DNA from: a bacterium
GTDB lineage: Bacteria > Bdellovibrionota_C > UBA2361 > CALJRW01
DNA: 21,645 nucleotides
Direction: 5' to 3'
NCBI GenBank assembly: GCA_031385045.1
Contig: JANNBC010000005.1
Location: 1-21,645 of the forward strand
Positions 8,560 to 16,327 of the stretch are shown here, piece by piece. The position numbers were made by a program, and so were the translations under genes. How positions within the stretch are numbered: position 1 is the stretch's first letter; each line of letters starts with the position of its first letter. The notes beneath the pieces were generated by a model that saw nothing but the letters and a program-made list of their open reading frames with translations, made no database searches and was not told where the DNA came from.

Positions 8560-8865
8560 ATGATAAAACTTACTACTTTGAAACTTGTCACGATAATTGC
8601 TGAATCAATCCTAGAAGACAAAATATTATTAGGTATCAAAGACAATGGTGCCAAGGGATATACAGCCATGTCTTCTCACGGTAAAGGCTCTCGGGGTACA
8701 GGGACTGGCGAAATCCCCGGTGCGAATATCAGAATTGAAACTCTTGTCAGTCCTGAGGTCGCTGAAAAAATTATGGAGTATATCTCTAGTAGTTATTTTA
8801 AAAACTATGCAGTGATCTGCTATGTAGTCGAAGCTAGTGTGCTTCGGGGAGAGAAGTATACTTAA
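8560..8865 (+). CDS. sbtB: PII-like signal transduction protein (SbtB-like)
   Basis: LVTIIAESILE..GAKGYT..GKGSRG..NIRIETLV..VLRGEKY; SD (AGAGGA) upstream; directly follows sbtA. Confidence 0.85.
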   Translation: MIKLTTLKLVTIIAESILEDKILLGIKDNGAKGYTAMSSHGKGSRGTGTGEIPGANIRIETLVSPEVAEKIMEYISSSYFKNYAVICYVVEASVLRGEKYT

Positions 8866-8895
8866 GTTATGCTATAAAATAAATTAGCTGTTTAA

Positions 8896-9834
8896 TCATT
8901 CTGCTAAATTTGCATTTTCAATTGCTAATTTCCTGACAGCTACCAATTGATCCACATCAATCTCTCTTTTATTATTTATTTTTTCAAATGCTCTTCTTAA
9001 TTTTTTGAGAGCGACTACTTCAATTTGTCGAATTCGCTCGCGAGTAACCGCCATACTTTGGCCTACTTGTTCTAATGTCATTGGATCTCCCTTATTCTGA
9101 CCATGAATACCAAGGAAACGAGCACGGATAACATGTTCTTCTCTAGGGGTTAGTACCTGACCAAGAGTACTTAGCAAGAGATCAATTTGCTCGTTTCGAG
9201 AACATTGTTCAGCAGAACTTGTGGCACTTTCATCTGCTACAGAATTATAAACAGTGTCAGAGTTAGAGCCTTCACTAATTGGAGCATCTAGCGGGATAGT
9301 CCTTTTTCCATATGATAAATAACTGGTGACTTTCTCAGTTGAGATTCCCAGCTCCAGCCCGATTTCTTCATCCGAAGGTGCTTGGCCTAGATCCTGTTCT
9401 AGCTTGCTAGCAACCTTACGAATCTTAGCGATTTTATCTTCCATGTGAACCGGTAGGCGGATTGTTTTTGTTTGATTAGATAGCGCCCGGCGAATTGCTT
9501 GCTTAATCCACCAAGCAGCATATGTTGATAACTTATTTCCTAATGTGGAATCAAATCGATCGATCGCTTTCATTAAGCCAATATTACCTTCCGCAATCAA
9601 ATCGGCTAGATTTCCATTACCATAGTCGTAATCATGAGCAATCTTGACAACTAATCTTAAGTTAGCTTTTACCATTTGCTCCCGGGCCTTTTCATCACCC
9701 ATCGCAATCTTTTCAAAAAGTTGCAGTTCTTCCTTTCTACTAAGCAGTGGTTCTTTTAATAGTCCAGTATACCATTCGCTATGTTCTGCTTTGTGAGTTC
9801 GGTTCTCATTATTACTGCTAGGATTAGGAATCAT
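8896..9834 (-). CDS. Alternative sigma-70 factor, RpoD/RpoS-like, lacking region 1.1
   Basis: PLLSRKEE, ANLRLVVKIA, DLIAEGNIGLMKAIDRFD, STYAAWWIKQAIRRA, TIRLPVH, TLEQVG..VTRERIRQIE. ATG at 9834 preferred over TTG at 9858, which lies inside the promoter/operator. Confidence 0.9.
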   Translation of the reverse strand: MIPNPSSNNENRTHKAEHSEWYTGLLKEPLLSRKEELQLFEKIAMGDEKAREQMVKANLRLVVKIAHDYDYGNGNLADLIAEGNIGLMKAIDRFDSTLGNKLSTYAAWWIKQAIRRALSNQTKTIRLPVHMEDKIAKIRKVASKLEQDLGQAPSDEEIGLELGISTEKVTSYLSYGKRTIPLDAPISEGSNSDTVYNSVADESATSSAEQCSRNEQIDLLLSTLGQVLTPREEHVIRARFLGIHGQNKGDPMTLEQVGQSMAVTRERIRQIEVVALKKLRRAFEKINNKREIDVDQLVAVRKLAIENANLAE

Positions 9835-9840
9835 TAGGGA

Positions 9841-9868
9841 ATTGTATTGACTAAGCAAGCTTAGTCAA
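9841..9868 (-). promoter_or_regulatory. Sigma-70 promoter overlapped by a perfect 10-2-10 palindromic operator
   Basis: TTGACTAAGC-AA-GCTTAGTCAA at 9847-9868; minus strand reads TTGACT-N16-TACAAT-N6-ATG(9834). Confidence 0.7.
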
Positions 9869-9884
9869 GTGTCAACTAATTCAG

Positions 9885-9911
9885 GCAAAACTGCCAGCAA
9901 AAAGCCGATAT
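9885..9911 (+). promoter_or_regulatory. Candidate sigma-28-like promoter facing the small ORF at 10050
   Basis: GCAA-N15-GCCGATAT. Confidence 0.35.
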
Positions 9912-10049
9912 CTGATGATATTCATAGGTGATAATATTATTTACCAAAGTAGATCAGTCTAACTTTATATGATCTATATCATATAATCTTCTAATGAATA
10001 ATCTTACTCTAGTTCTCAAGAATTTAATTTTCATCTGAAGAATAATAAT

Positions 10050-10214
10050 ATGATTAAAAAATTTAAAATTGCCTCAACAAAAAAATTTATTTCTAATTTG
10101 ACCAACCAAGATGGGAAAATCGGATATGTGATCATGTGGCTACTGGGAACACCTATTTCTCTGCTGATTATCCTCTGGCTATTCCTTGGAAATAATATCT
10201 TTAGTAAAGGATAG
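10050..10214 (+). CDS. Small single-pass membrane protein (54 aa), not in the ORF track
   Basis: Manual translation: MIKKFKIASTKKFISNLTNQDGKIGYVIMWLLGTPISLLIILWLFLGNNIFSKG*. Basic N-terminus, hydrophobic WLLGxP helix, fills an otherwise empty intergenic gap. Confidence 0.7.
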   Translation: MIKKFKIASTKKFISNLTNQDGKIGYVIMWLLGTPISLLIILWLFLGNNIFSKG

Positions 10215-10260
10215 TCGATTGGAATTTGGAAAGTTCTTCAAATTAGTGCCGGTGGTTTTA

Positions 10261-11280
10261 CTAAAAAACTTCTCCACAGTGCATGATCTGTAAGACTTCT
10301 TCTAGGGCATTAAGCTCCTCTCGCCAATATTGAGGTGATCCAAAAAGAGGAAAAATATTTTTAAAAGCTGGGTCATCCCAGCGTTTGGCAATCCAAGTGC
10401 TAAAGTTTACCATTCTTAAAGCACGAAGTGGTTCTAATAGTCGAATACTTTCAAAATCAAAATCAATTAACTGACTATATGACTCAATCAGTAAATCTCT
10501 TTGTTTCTTACTCCACTCGTCTCTTCCTGGTACGATTAACCAAAGATCTTGAATTGGTGGGCCCATAATAAAATCATCAAAATCAACGAAAGTACAGGAT
10601 TCATCTAGCCAAAGAATATTTCCTAAGTGACAATCTCCATGTAAGCGTTGCAGTGGCACCGCTTCAAACCAAGGTGTAGAAGTCTCGCAAATTTGTTCAA
10701 CTAGTTGGATATAACGACTTTGAACCTCAGGTGGTAAAATTTGTTTTTCTACTAGATACTTACAGTTATCTAATCCATAAGACTGTGGGGTTAACACATT
10801 GCGGTGTTTTGCTTTTTCGGATCGTCCAACTTGGTGCATGCGAGCAATGAAGCGTCCCAGCATGGCGATTTGGGAATCTGTGTATTCATCAAGGATTCGA
10901 CCACCGATTTTAGGAAAGATGCTAAAGAAAAGATCGTTATCAAGTCCAGCAATAGAATGAACGGTTTGACCATCAGGGAAACAAAGTGGTGGCACGACAG
11001 GTAGATCACGCTCCTGTAAGTCTTTAATAAACTGATGCTCTTCTAAAATCTGATCTTTAGACCACCTTCCAGGACGATAAATCTTAATAACACGTGAAGC
11101 TTGATATTTAGATTCTAGATCTTCTTTAGGAATATTTAACTCCACATCATAAACACGATTTTCCACGCTATTTAGTGGAATAATTTTGCCTGTACATTGA
11201 GTTCCTAGCTCTTCCACTGCCACCAAAATTCGATCTGGTGTTAACTCATAAAAAAACTGTGTGGCTTGGCTATCGAACAT
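10261..11280 (-). CDS. srkA: Stress response Ser/Thr protein kinase SrkA (RdoA/YihE)
   Basis: LNSVENRVY, KIYRPGRWSKDQILEEHQF, RLHGDCHLGNILW, VDFDD, QDLW, RWDDPAF. Confidence 0.92.
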   Translation of the reverse strand: MFDSQATQFFYELTPDRILVAVEELGTQCTGKIIPLNSVENRVYDVELNIPKEDLESKYQASRVIKIYRPGRWSKDQILEEHQFIKDLQERDLPVVPPLCFPDGQTVHSIAGLDNDLFFSIFPKIGGRILDEYTDSQIAMLGRFIARMHQVGRSEKAKHRNVLTPQSYGLDNCKYLVEKQILPPEVQSRYIQLVEQICETSTPWFEAVPLQRLHGDCHLGNILWLDESCTFVDFDDFIMGPPIQDLWLIVPGRDEWSKKQRDLLIESYSQLIDFDFESIRLLEPLRALRMVNFSTWIAKRWDDPAFKNIFPLFGSPQYWREELNALEEVLQIMHCGEVF

Positions 11281-11815
11281 TCAAGGTCTGTAATTTTAAA
11301 ATGGCGGCGACTGATACAGAATCACGAATCTGTCCTTCCAGCACCATCGAAACTGCTTCACTAAATAATACTTTTTTAAGACTTAGCTGTTCCGTCTCTT
11401 CTGGGCTTGCGCTTCCCATTGTTAAATCCTTAGCCAAATAAACGCAAGCTAATTCATCACTAAGACAATCAGAAATTGCTAAATCAAGTAGCTTCTCCCA
11501 ATGCTTGGCAACTAAGCCAGTTTCTTCTGCTAGCTCTCGCTGGGCACAAGTTAATAGTTCCTCACCTAACTCCGAGCCACCCATGGGAATCTCCCATTCA
11601 AAACTCTTTAAAGGATAACGATACTGACCAACTAGCCAGGTATACCCATCTTGATCGATTGGAATAATTCCTACGGCAACTTTCTTACAATGCAAATAGG
11701 TATACTTAGTCGGATTGTCTTGCGGTCCCAAACAATCATTTTCAATTAGACTTAACCAATTATTATCATAAACTACTTTACTACTTAAAGTTTTCCAAGG
11801 ATTTTGATTATTCAT
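11270..11815 (-). CDS. Nudix hydrolase (ADP-ribose pyrophosphatase-like)
   Basis: Nudix box GGSELGEELLTCAQRELAEETG preceded by QYRYPL..WEIP. Confidence 0.9.
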   Translation of the reverse strand: MNNQNPWKTLSSKVVYDNNWLSLIENDCLGPQDNPTKYTYLHCKKVAVGIIPIDQDGYTWLVGQYRYPLKSFEWEIPMGGSELGEELLTCAQRELAEETGLVAKHWEKLLDLAISDCLSDELACVYLAKDLTMGSASPEETEQLSLKKVLFSEAVSMVLEGQIRDSVSVAAILKLQTLNVR

Positions 11816-11825
11816 GTTTTACTTT

Positions 11826-12170
11826 TTATGAAATTAAATGCGTCCCAGAAAGACTGGAGCGAATTGGAAATAAGCATGTTTTTTTTGGTAAAAAACCTAG
11901 ACAGGCTTTTTGTTGATAGACTAAGGATATTCTTATATTTTTTTCTCGACTAACTTCTAGTTCAAAAACTTCTATTTCTGGATCCAAGGTCATTAAAAAG
12001 CTAGTAATGTTTTTTTTAATTTCAGAATCGGATTGAATAACAGCTTCAGTTAAATAACGATTTAAATAATTTTTTATTTCATAACGCAGGTATAAGACTG
12101 GAACAAAGAGCGAGAGCGAAGATGTAAGAAAAATGATTAAGAATCCGATTAAAAATAACTTTTTAATCAT
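11826..12170 (-). CDS. Hypothetical protein with N-terminal membrane anchor
   Basis: 114 aa; MIKK followed by a long hydrophobic stretch; overlaps the upstream gene by 8 nt and is tightly packed in the operon. Confidence 0.65.
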   Translation of the reverse strand: MIKKLFLIGFLIIFLTSSLSLFVPVLYLRYEIKNYLNRYLTEAVIQSDSEIKKNITSFLMTLDPEIEVFELEVSREKNIRISLVYQQKACLGFLPKKTCLFPIRSSLSGTHLIS

Positions 12171-12495
12171 TTAATAATTGTGGAAGACTGCTAAAGAACT
12201 TGGAGCGAGGCAAGACATTTGAGAATCCAGCTTCTTCTGCTTGAATAGCTAGTTCCGACTGAATATGAGGAAAAAAACAAACTGTTTGTTCTGTCTGATT
12301 ATGTTTCTTAATTACAGCTAAAACTTGGCTAAGTTCTAACTTGTTATTGGTCAAATCCAAAACTATCTGAGTTGCACTGGGCAACTCAGATTCTAATTGT
12401 CCTATTTCTTTGATGTAGACTGATTCATGATCAAGGACTGACTTTACTTGCTGTCTAGATATTAGATCCGAAACAATTAAAAGCGTCCTCGACAT
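12163..12495 (-). CDS. Atypical single-domain receiver (CheY-like) protein
   Basis: 110 aa; LLIVSDL..IVLDL..VCFFPH..AEEAGFSNVLPRSKF follows the receiver beta/alpha pattern, with Arg at the usual Lys position. Confidence 0.55.
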   Translation of the reverse strand: MSRTLLIVSDLISRQQVKSVLDHESVYIKEIGQLESELPSATQIVLDLTNNKLELSQVLAVIKKHNQTEQTVCFFPHIQSELAIQAEEAGFSNVLPRSKFFSSLPQLLND

Positions 12496-12499
12496 TTCT

Positions 12500-13753
12500 T
12501 TAGCCTTTCATCATATCAAAAAATTCACGATTAGTTTTAGATGAATTCATCTTATCCTGTAGCCACTCCATTGTTGCAATAACATCAAGTGGGGCTAATA
12601 CTTTACGAAGTAAAATACTCTTATGTAACGTATCAGTATCTAACAAGAGCTCTTCCTTACGAGTAGCAGACTTACTAACATCAACTGCTGGGTATAGGCG
12701 ACGCTCAGCTAAGCGACGATCTAGCACTAGCTCCATGTTACCAGTACCTTTAAACTCTTCAAAGATTACTTCATCCATTCTAGAACCAGTATCAATTAAG
12801 GCAGTTCCAATGATTGTTAAGCTACCACCATCTTCAATTTTTCTAGCAGCACCAAAGAATCTTTTTGGTTTTTGAAGAGCATTAGAATCAACACCCCCAG
12901 AAAGAACTTTACCGCTAGCTGGTGCAACCGTGTTATAAGCACGAGCAAGACGAGTGATTGAGTCTAAAAGAATAATAACATCTTTACCATGCTCAACTAA
13001 ACGCTTAGCTTTTTCGATGACCATTTCCGCAACTTGAACGTGTCGGGTTGCAGGTTCATCAAAAGTCGAACTCACAACTTCGCCCTTCACAGAACGTTGC
13101 ATATCAGTTACTTCTTCAGGACGTTCATCAATTAACAAAACAATAATAAAAGCGTCTGGGTGATTCTCAGAAATAGACTGGGCTAAATCTTTTAACAAAA
13201 CTGTCTTACCAGCTTTTGGTGGAGCAACAATTAATGCTCTCTGCCCCTTACCAATCGGTGCAAAGATATCGATAATCCGAGAAGCCAAGTTATGAGACTT
13301 TGTTTCCAAGGTAAATTTCTCCATTGGGTGAATTGGAGTTAAGTTATCAAAGTGAACTTTCTTCTTTAGATTTTCAATTGGATCATAGTTAACATTATTA
13401 ACTTTCAGTAAGGCGAAATAACGCTCCCCTTCTCTTTGTCTTGGTGGACGAATTTGACCATCAACAGTATCACCTGTTTTTAATCCAAAACGTTTAATCT
13501 GTGCTGGAGAAACATAAATATCATCGGAACCAGGAAGATAGCTGTAATCAGATGCACGAAGAAAACCATAACCATCTTGCAGGCATTCAAGAACACCAGT
13601 TGCATAGATCGCACCATTAGTTTCAGACTGGGCAGTTAAGATACTAAAAATCATATCTTGCTTACGCATGGTGTTAGCACCTTCTACGCCAAGATCTTCG
13701 GCAATTTTCAGTAGTTCATCAGGCTTTTTGGCCTTTAATTCATTAAGATTCAT
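12500..13753 (-). CDS. rho: Transcription termination factor Rho
   Basis: [74 protein letters not shown] upstream. Confidence 0.99.
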   Translation of the reverse strand: MNLNELKAKKPDELLKIAEDLGVEGANTMRKQDMIFSILTAQSETNGAIYATGVLECLQDGYGFLRASDYSYLPGSDDIYVSPAQIKRFGLKTGDTVDGQIRPPRQREGERYFALLKVNNVNYDPIENLKKKVHFDNLTPIHPMEKFTLETKSHNLASRIIDIFAPIGKGQRALIVAPPKAGKTVLLKDLAQSISENHPDAFIIVLLIDERPEEVTDMQRSVKGEVVSSTFDEPATRHVQVAEMVIEKAKRLVEHGKDVIILLDSITRLARAYNTVAPASGKVLSGGVDSNALQKPKRFFGAARKIEDGGSLTIIGTALIDTGSRMDEVIFEEFKGTGNMELVLDRRLAERRLYPAVDVSKSATRKEELLLDTDTLHKSILLRKVLAPLDVIATMEWLQDKMNSSKTNREFFDMMKG

Positions 13754-14075
13754 ATAACCTCAAAAAGTTTAATTGATAGCTATTATTGTTATTCCTAAGC
13801 CCTTGCTGGGTAAGAATATTATTCATAACTATTGCTGTTGGTTTCACGATTTAAACTGAAATATTCCAGATTTAAATTTTTAGTCTCTCGGCAAATTCTC
13901 TCTGAAAGAATTTGTATCCAGATAAAAACAACTGATTTTTATCTAATAGGAAAAATAAAAGATTAATATTTTATGATTTATTACAAAAAAATTAGGATTT
14001 ATTTTTTTCTATTTGAAAGATTTCCGCGATGTTTTGACAGCAGAAAAAGGATGTCAGGATTAACGTGACTTCGGC

Positions 14076-14103
14076 AATCTACCACAACATAATTCACTGT
14101 CAA
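14076..14103 (-). promoter_or_regulatory. Probable rho promoter, implying a ~315-nt 5' leader
   Basis: Minus strand TTGACA-N16-TAGATT with an extended -10 TG. Confidence 0.6.
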
Positions 14104-14153
14104 GAGCGAAGTTTAACCCGCATTATTCATCAGTGCACGTAGCGAGGAAAAGA

Positions 14154-14184
14154 TCCTTCTTCGCTAAAGCTACGACGGGACAAG
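14154..14184 (-). repeat. REP-like mini-hairpin, copy 1
   Basis: Minus strand CTTG-TCCCGTC-GTA-GCTTTAGC-GAA-GAAGGA. Confidence 0.7.
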
Positions 14185-14235
14185 AGTTTGGTTTCAGTTT
14201 GGACTAAAAAAGCACATTGAGACCGAGGTCTCACG

Positions 14236-14267
14236 CCTGCCTTGTCGTAGCCTTTGGCGAAGACAGG
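14236..14267 (+). repeat. REP-like mini-hairpin, copy 2 (inverted relative to copy 1)
   Basis: CCTG-CCTTGTC-GTA-GCCTTTGGC-GAA-GACAGG. Confidence 0.7.
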
Positions 14268-14285
14268 AGCATTTTTTCGTTCAAG

Positions 14286-14314
14286 CCACCTTCGCTTCGC
14301 TATGGCGATCCAAG
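14286..14314 (-). repeat. REP-like mini-hairpin, copy 3
   Basis: Minus strand CTTG-GATCGCC-ATA-GCGAAGC-GAA-GGTGG. Confidence 0.6.
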
Positions 14315-14452
14315 AATGGAGCCAAAATTCTTTTTCGTAGTAGTGCTCCCCCGATTACACACTGTAATTTTAAAAAATTTCTAAATCCCTCGTAAGTCAT
14401 CGGGATTAGAAAGAAATTTTATTTCTTTCTAATCACTGATGAATTATGCGGG

Positions 14453-15148
14453 TTAAGCACCCCTTGGTTCATTTAGCTTAACGGCAGCAACAGATCTCAA
14501 ATAATTTGGTTTTAAATTGGCAATTAAATCTAAAGAAAAATCGGGAATTTTGATTTGATTGATTGTTACTAATTTTAGCAAATTAGCACTCAAACAATTG
14601 TTTTTTTGGGGTATAAACTTGTCAAACAACTTAAGATCTAAATCACAATATACTTTTAAATCTGCTAAATTTAAGTTTAATTCTTGATGTTTTTGAGTTA
14701 AAAATCTTTCTAAATAATCTAACGTCATGATTTCTTCCTTATTCACCGAAGAAAGTTTCCCCTGCTTAACTTGATAAATCCCCGTAAAAAATTCATTGCG
14801 TCTAGCGTCTGTCAACACAACTTGCAGATTACTATCAGCATTTAAATTTGCCATTGCTTGTAGGCTAGAAACTTCCGTTACTGGAATTCGTAAGGCCATA
14901 GCAAGACCAGCAACAAATGAATAGCCGATACGAAGTCCAGTAAAAGATCCTGGCCCAGCACCTAGAATAATACTTTTTAGATTGGAGATCGGAATATTAT
15001 TAGCCTGCAGTAAATTATCTAATAGCATGGAAAGAGTTTCTATATGACTATTAGGATCCTTCGCTTCAATCGTAAAAACTTCTCCATGATCAGAGAGGAT
15101 ACTTAGGGAAGCAATTGGAGTGCTAGAATCAATAGCTAACTGCGCCAC
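14453..15148 (-). CDS. tsaB: tRNA threonylcarbamoyladenosine biosynthesis protein TsaB
   Basis: LAIDSST, GAGPGSFTGLRIG, DARRNE, C-terminal PNYLR; GTG start abutting the rseP stop. Confidence 0.93.
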   Translation of the reverse strand: MAQLAIDSSTPIASLSILSDHGEVFTIEAKDPNSHIETLSMLLDNLLQANNIPISNLKSIILGAGPGSFTGLRIGYSFVAGLAMALRIPVTEVSSLQAMANLNADSNLQVVLTDARRNEFFTGIYQVKQGKLSSVNKEEIMTLDYLERFLTQKHQELNLNLADLKVYCDLDLKLFDKFIPQKNNCLSANLLKLVTINQIKIPDFSLDLIANLKPNYLRSVAAVKLNEPRGA

Positions 15149-16327
15149 TTAATTTACCAAGCGAAAGAGATCGTTCCCGATTGCAAAAATCATTAGGGAT
15201 AATAATAAGAATAAACCGAAATGATTGGCATAATCTAAGAATTTTTTATTAAGGCGTCCTCCTTTGATTGCTTCTAATAAGAAAAGCAATAAGTGCCCAC
15301 CATCTAAAACTGGAATTGGTAATAGGTTTAAAACAGCCAGTGAAATACTAATAAAGGAAACAAACATCATTAATCTTTCCATCCCTTTCTCGGAAGATTT
15401 AACGGTTTCTTGAACAATAGTAATTGGTCCACCAATATGTTTTGCCGAAATTGCACCAGAAGCTAAGTACCAAACACTCTTAAGAGAAATCCATGAAGTG
15501 TAATAAACTTGAAAGGTACTAGCTTTAATAGCATCAATTAGGCCTACTTGTTCTTTATCAAAAGAAGCTTGAATTCCAATTAAATAACGGACCTTGGGGT
15601 TCTTTTCCCCACTAACTAACTGCATCTCGGTACTTTCAATTTTAGGAGTAAGCGTTAAGGCAAGTTCCTTTTGGCTACCATTCTCTTCCCGAGTTAGCTC
15701 TACTTTAACAGGATTCTCCTTAGCAAGCTTAATATTCTCAACAAGATTTTCCCAGGTGACAATCTTCTGGCCATCAATCGTCTTAATTACATCTCCAACT
15801 TTTATTCCAGCTTCTTCTGCTGGATAACCAGGAATGATCTCACCAATCTTGGGCTCATTGCTTGGCTTACTGGCACCAAAGATCATGTAGACACTAAAGA
15901 TTAAAACCCAAGCTAAGATAAAATTAAATAAAGGTCCCGCAAAAACAATCGAACTACGAGCTAAGATCCCTTTCTCAAAAAACCACTTACTGCGATCTTC
16001 AAGTACAGCTTTTTCAACTGTAGAAACAGGTTCGATACTAAAAGGATCACGTTCTTCCTTGTTAAAGTCGTCCCCTTCTTCTTTATAGTATTTGTTATAA
16101 TCATCTCCAGCCATTCGCACATAACCACCAAGAGGAATTAATCGTAAAGCATAATTAGTAGTAGCAACTTTCTTTTGCCAAATCACTGGTCCAAAGCCTA
16201 CAGCAAATTCTAAAACAGTAACCTTATTCCATTTAGCAAATAAGAAATGCCCTAATTCATGGATAAAAACCAAGACGCTAAGTACTAGTAGGGCAATAAA
16301 AATTTTAAAAACAAAAGCTAAAATCAT
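15149..16327 (-). CDS. rseP: RIP metalloprotease RseP (M50, one PDZ domain)
   Basis: HELGH, IPLGGYVRM, AGPLFNF, PDZ segment, NLLPIPVLDGGH. Confidence 0.96.
   Translation of the reverse strand: MILAFVFKIFIALLVLSVLVFIHELGHFLFAKWNKVTVLEFAVGFGPVIWQKKVATTNYALRLIPLGGYVRMAGDDYNKYYKEEGDDFNKEERDPFSIEPVSTVEKAVLEDRSKWFFEKGILARSSIVFAGPLFNFILAWVLIFSVYMIFGASKPSNEPKIGEIIPGYPAEEAGIKVGDVIKTIDGQKIVTWENLVENIKLAKENPVKVELTREENGSQKELALTLTPKIESTEMQLVSGEKNPKVRYLIGIQASFDKEQVGLIDAIKASTFQVYYTSWISLKSVWYLASGAISAKHIGGPITIVQETVKSSEKGMERLMMFVSFISISLAVLNLLPIPVLDGGHLLLFLLEAIKGGRLNKKFLDYANHFGLFLLLSLMIFAIGNDLFRLVN

Larger units (their letters stand above)
14113..14456. mobile_element. MITE-like non-autonomous element (344 bp including TTAA ends), highly structured, with nested REP-like insertions
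   Basis: Left end TTAACCCGCATTATTCATCAGTG (14113-14135) and right end CACTGATGAATTATGCGGGTTAA (14434-14456) are inverted repeats with 1 mismatch in 23. TA/TTAA at both ends is compatible with a target duplication. No ORF in the track. Confidence 0.8.

Noticed and set aside
7558..8865. Elevated GC in sbtAB as evidence of horizontal transfer
   Set aside because: Spot counts of a few lines varied widely and overlapped those of rho; Gly/Ala-rich composition could explain it.
14436..14442. CTGATGA in both TIRs as a hammerhead ribozyme core
   Set aside because: No stem II followed by GAAA and no closing stems in the required arrangement; explained as part of the TIR.
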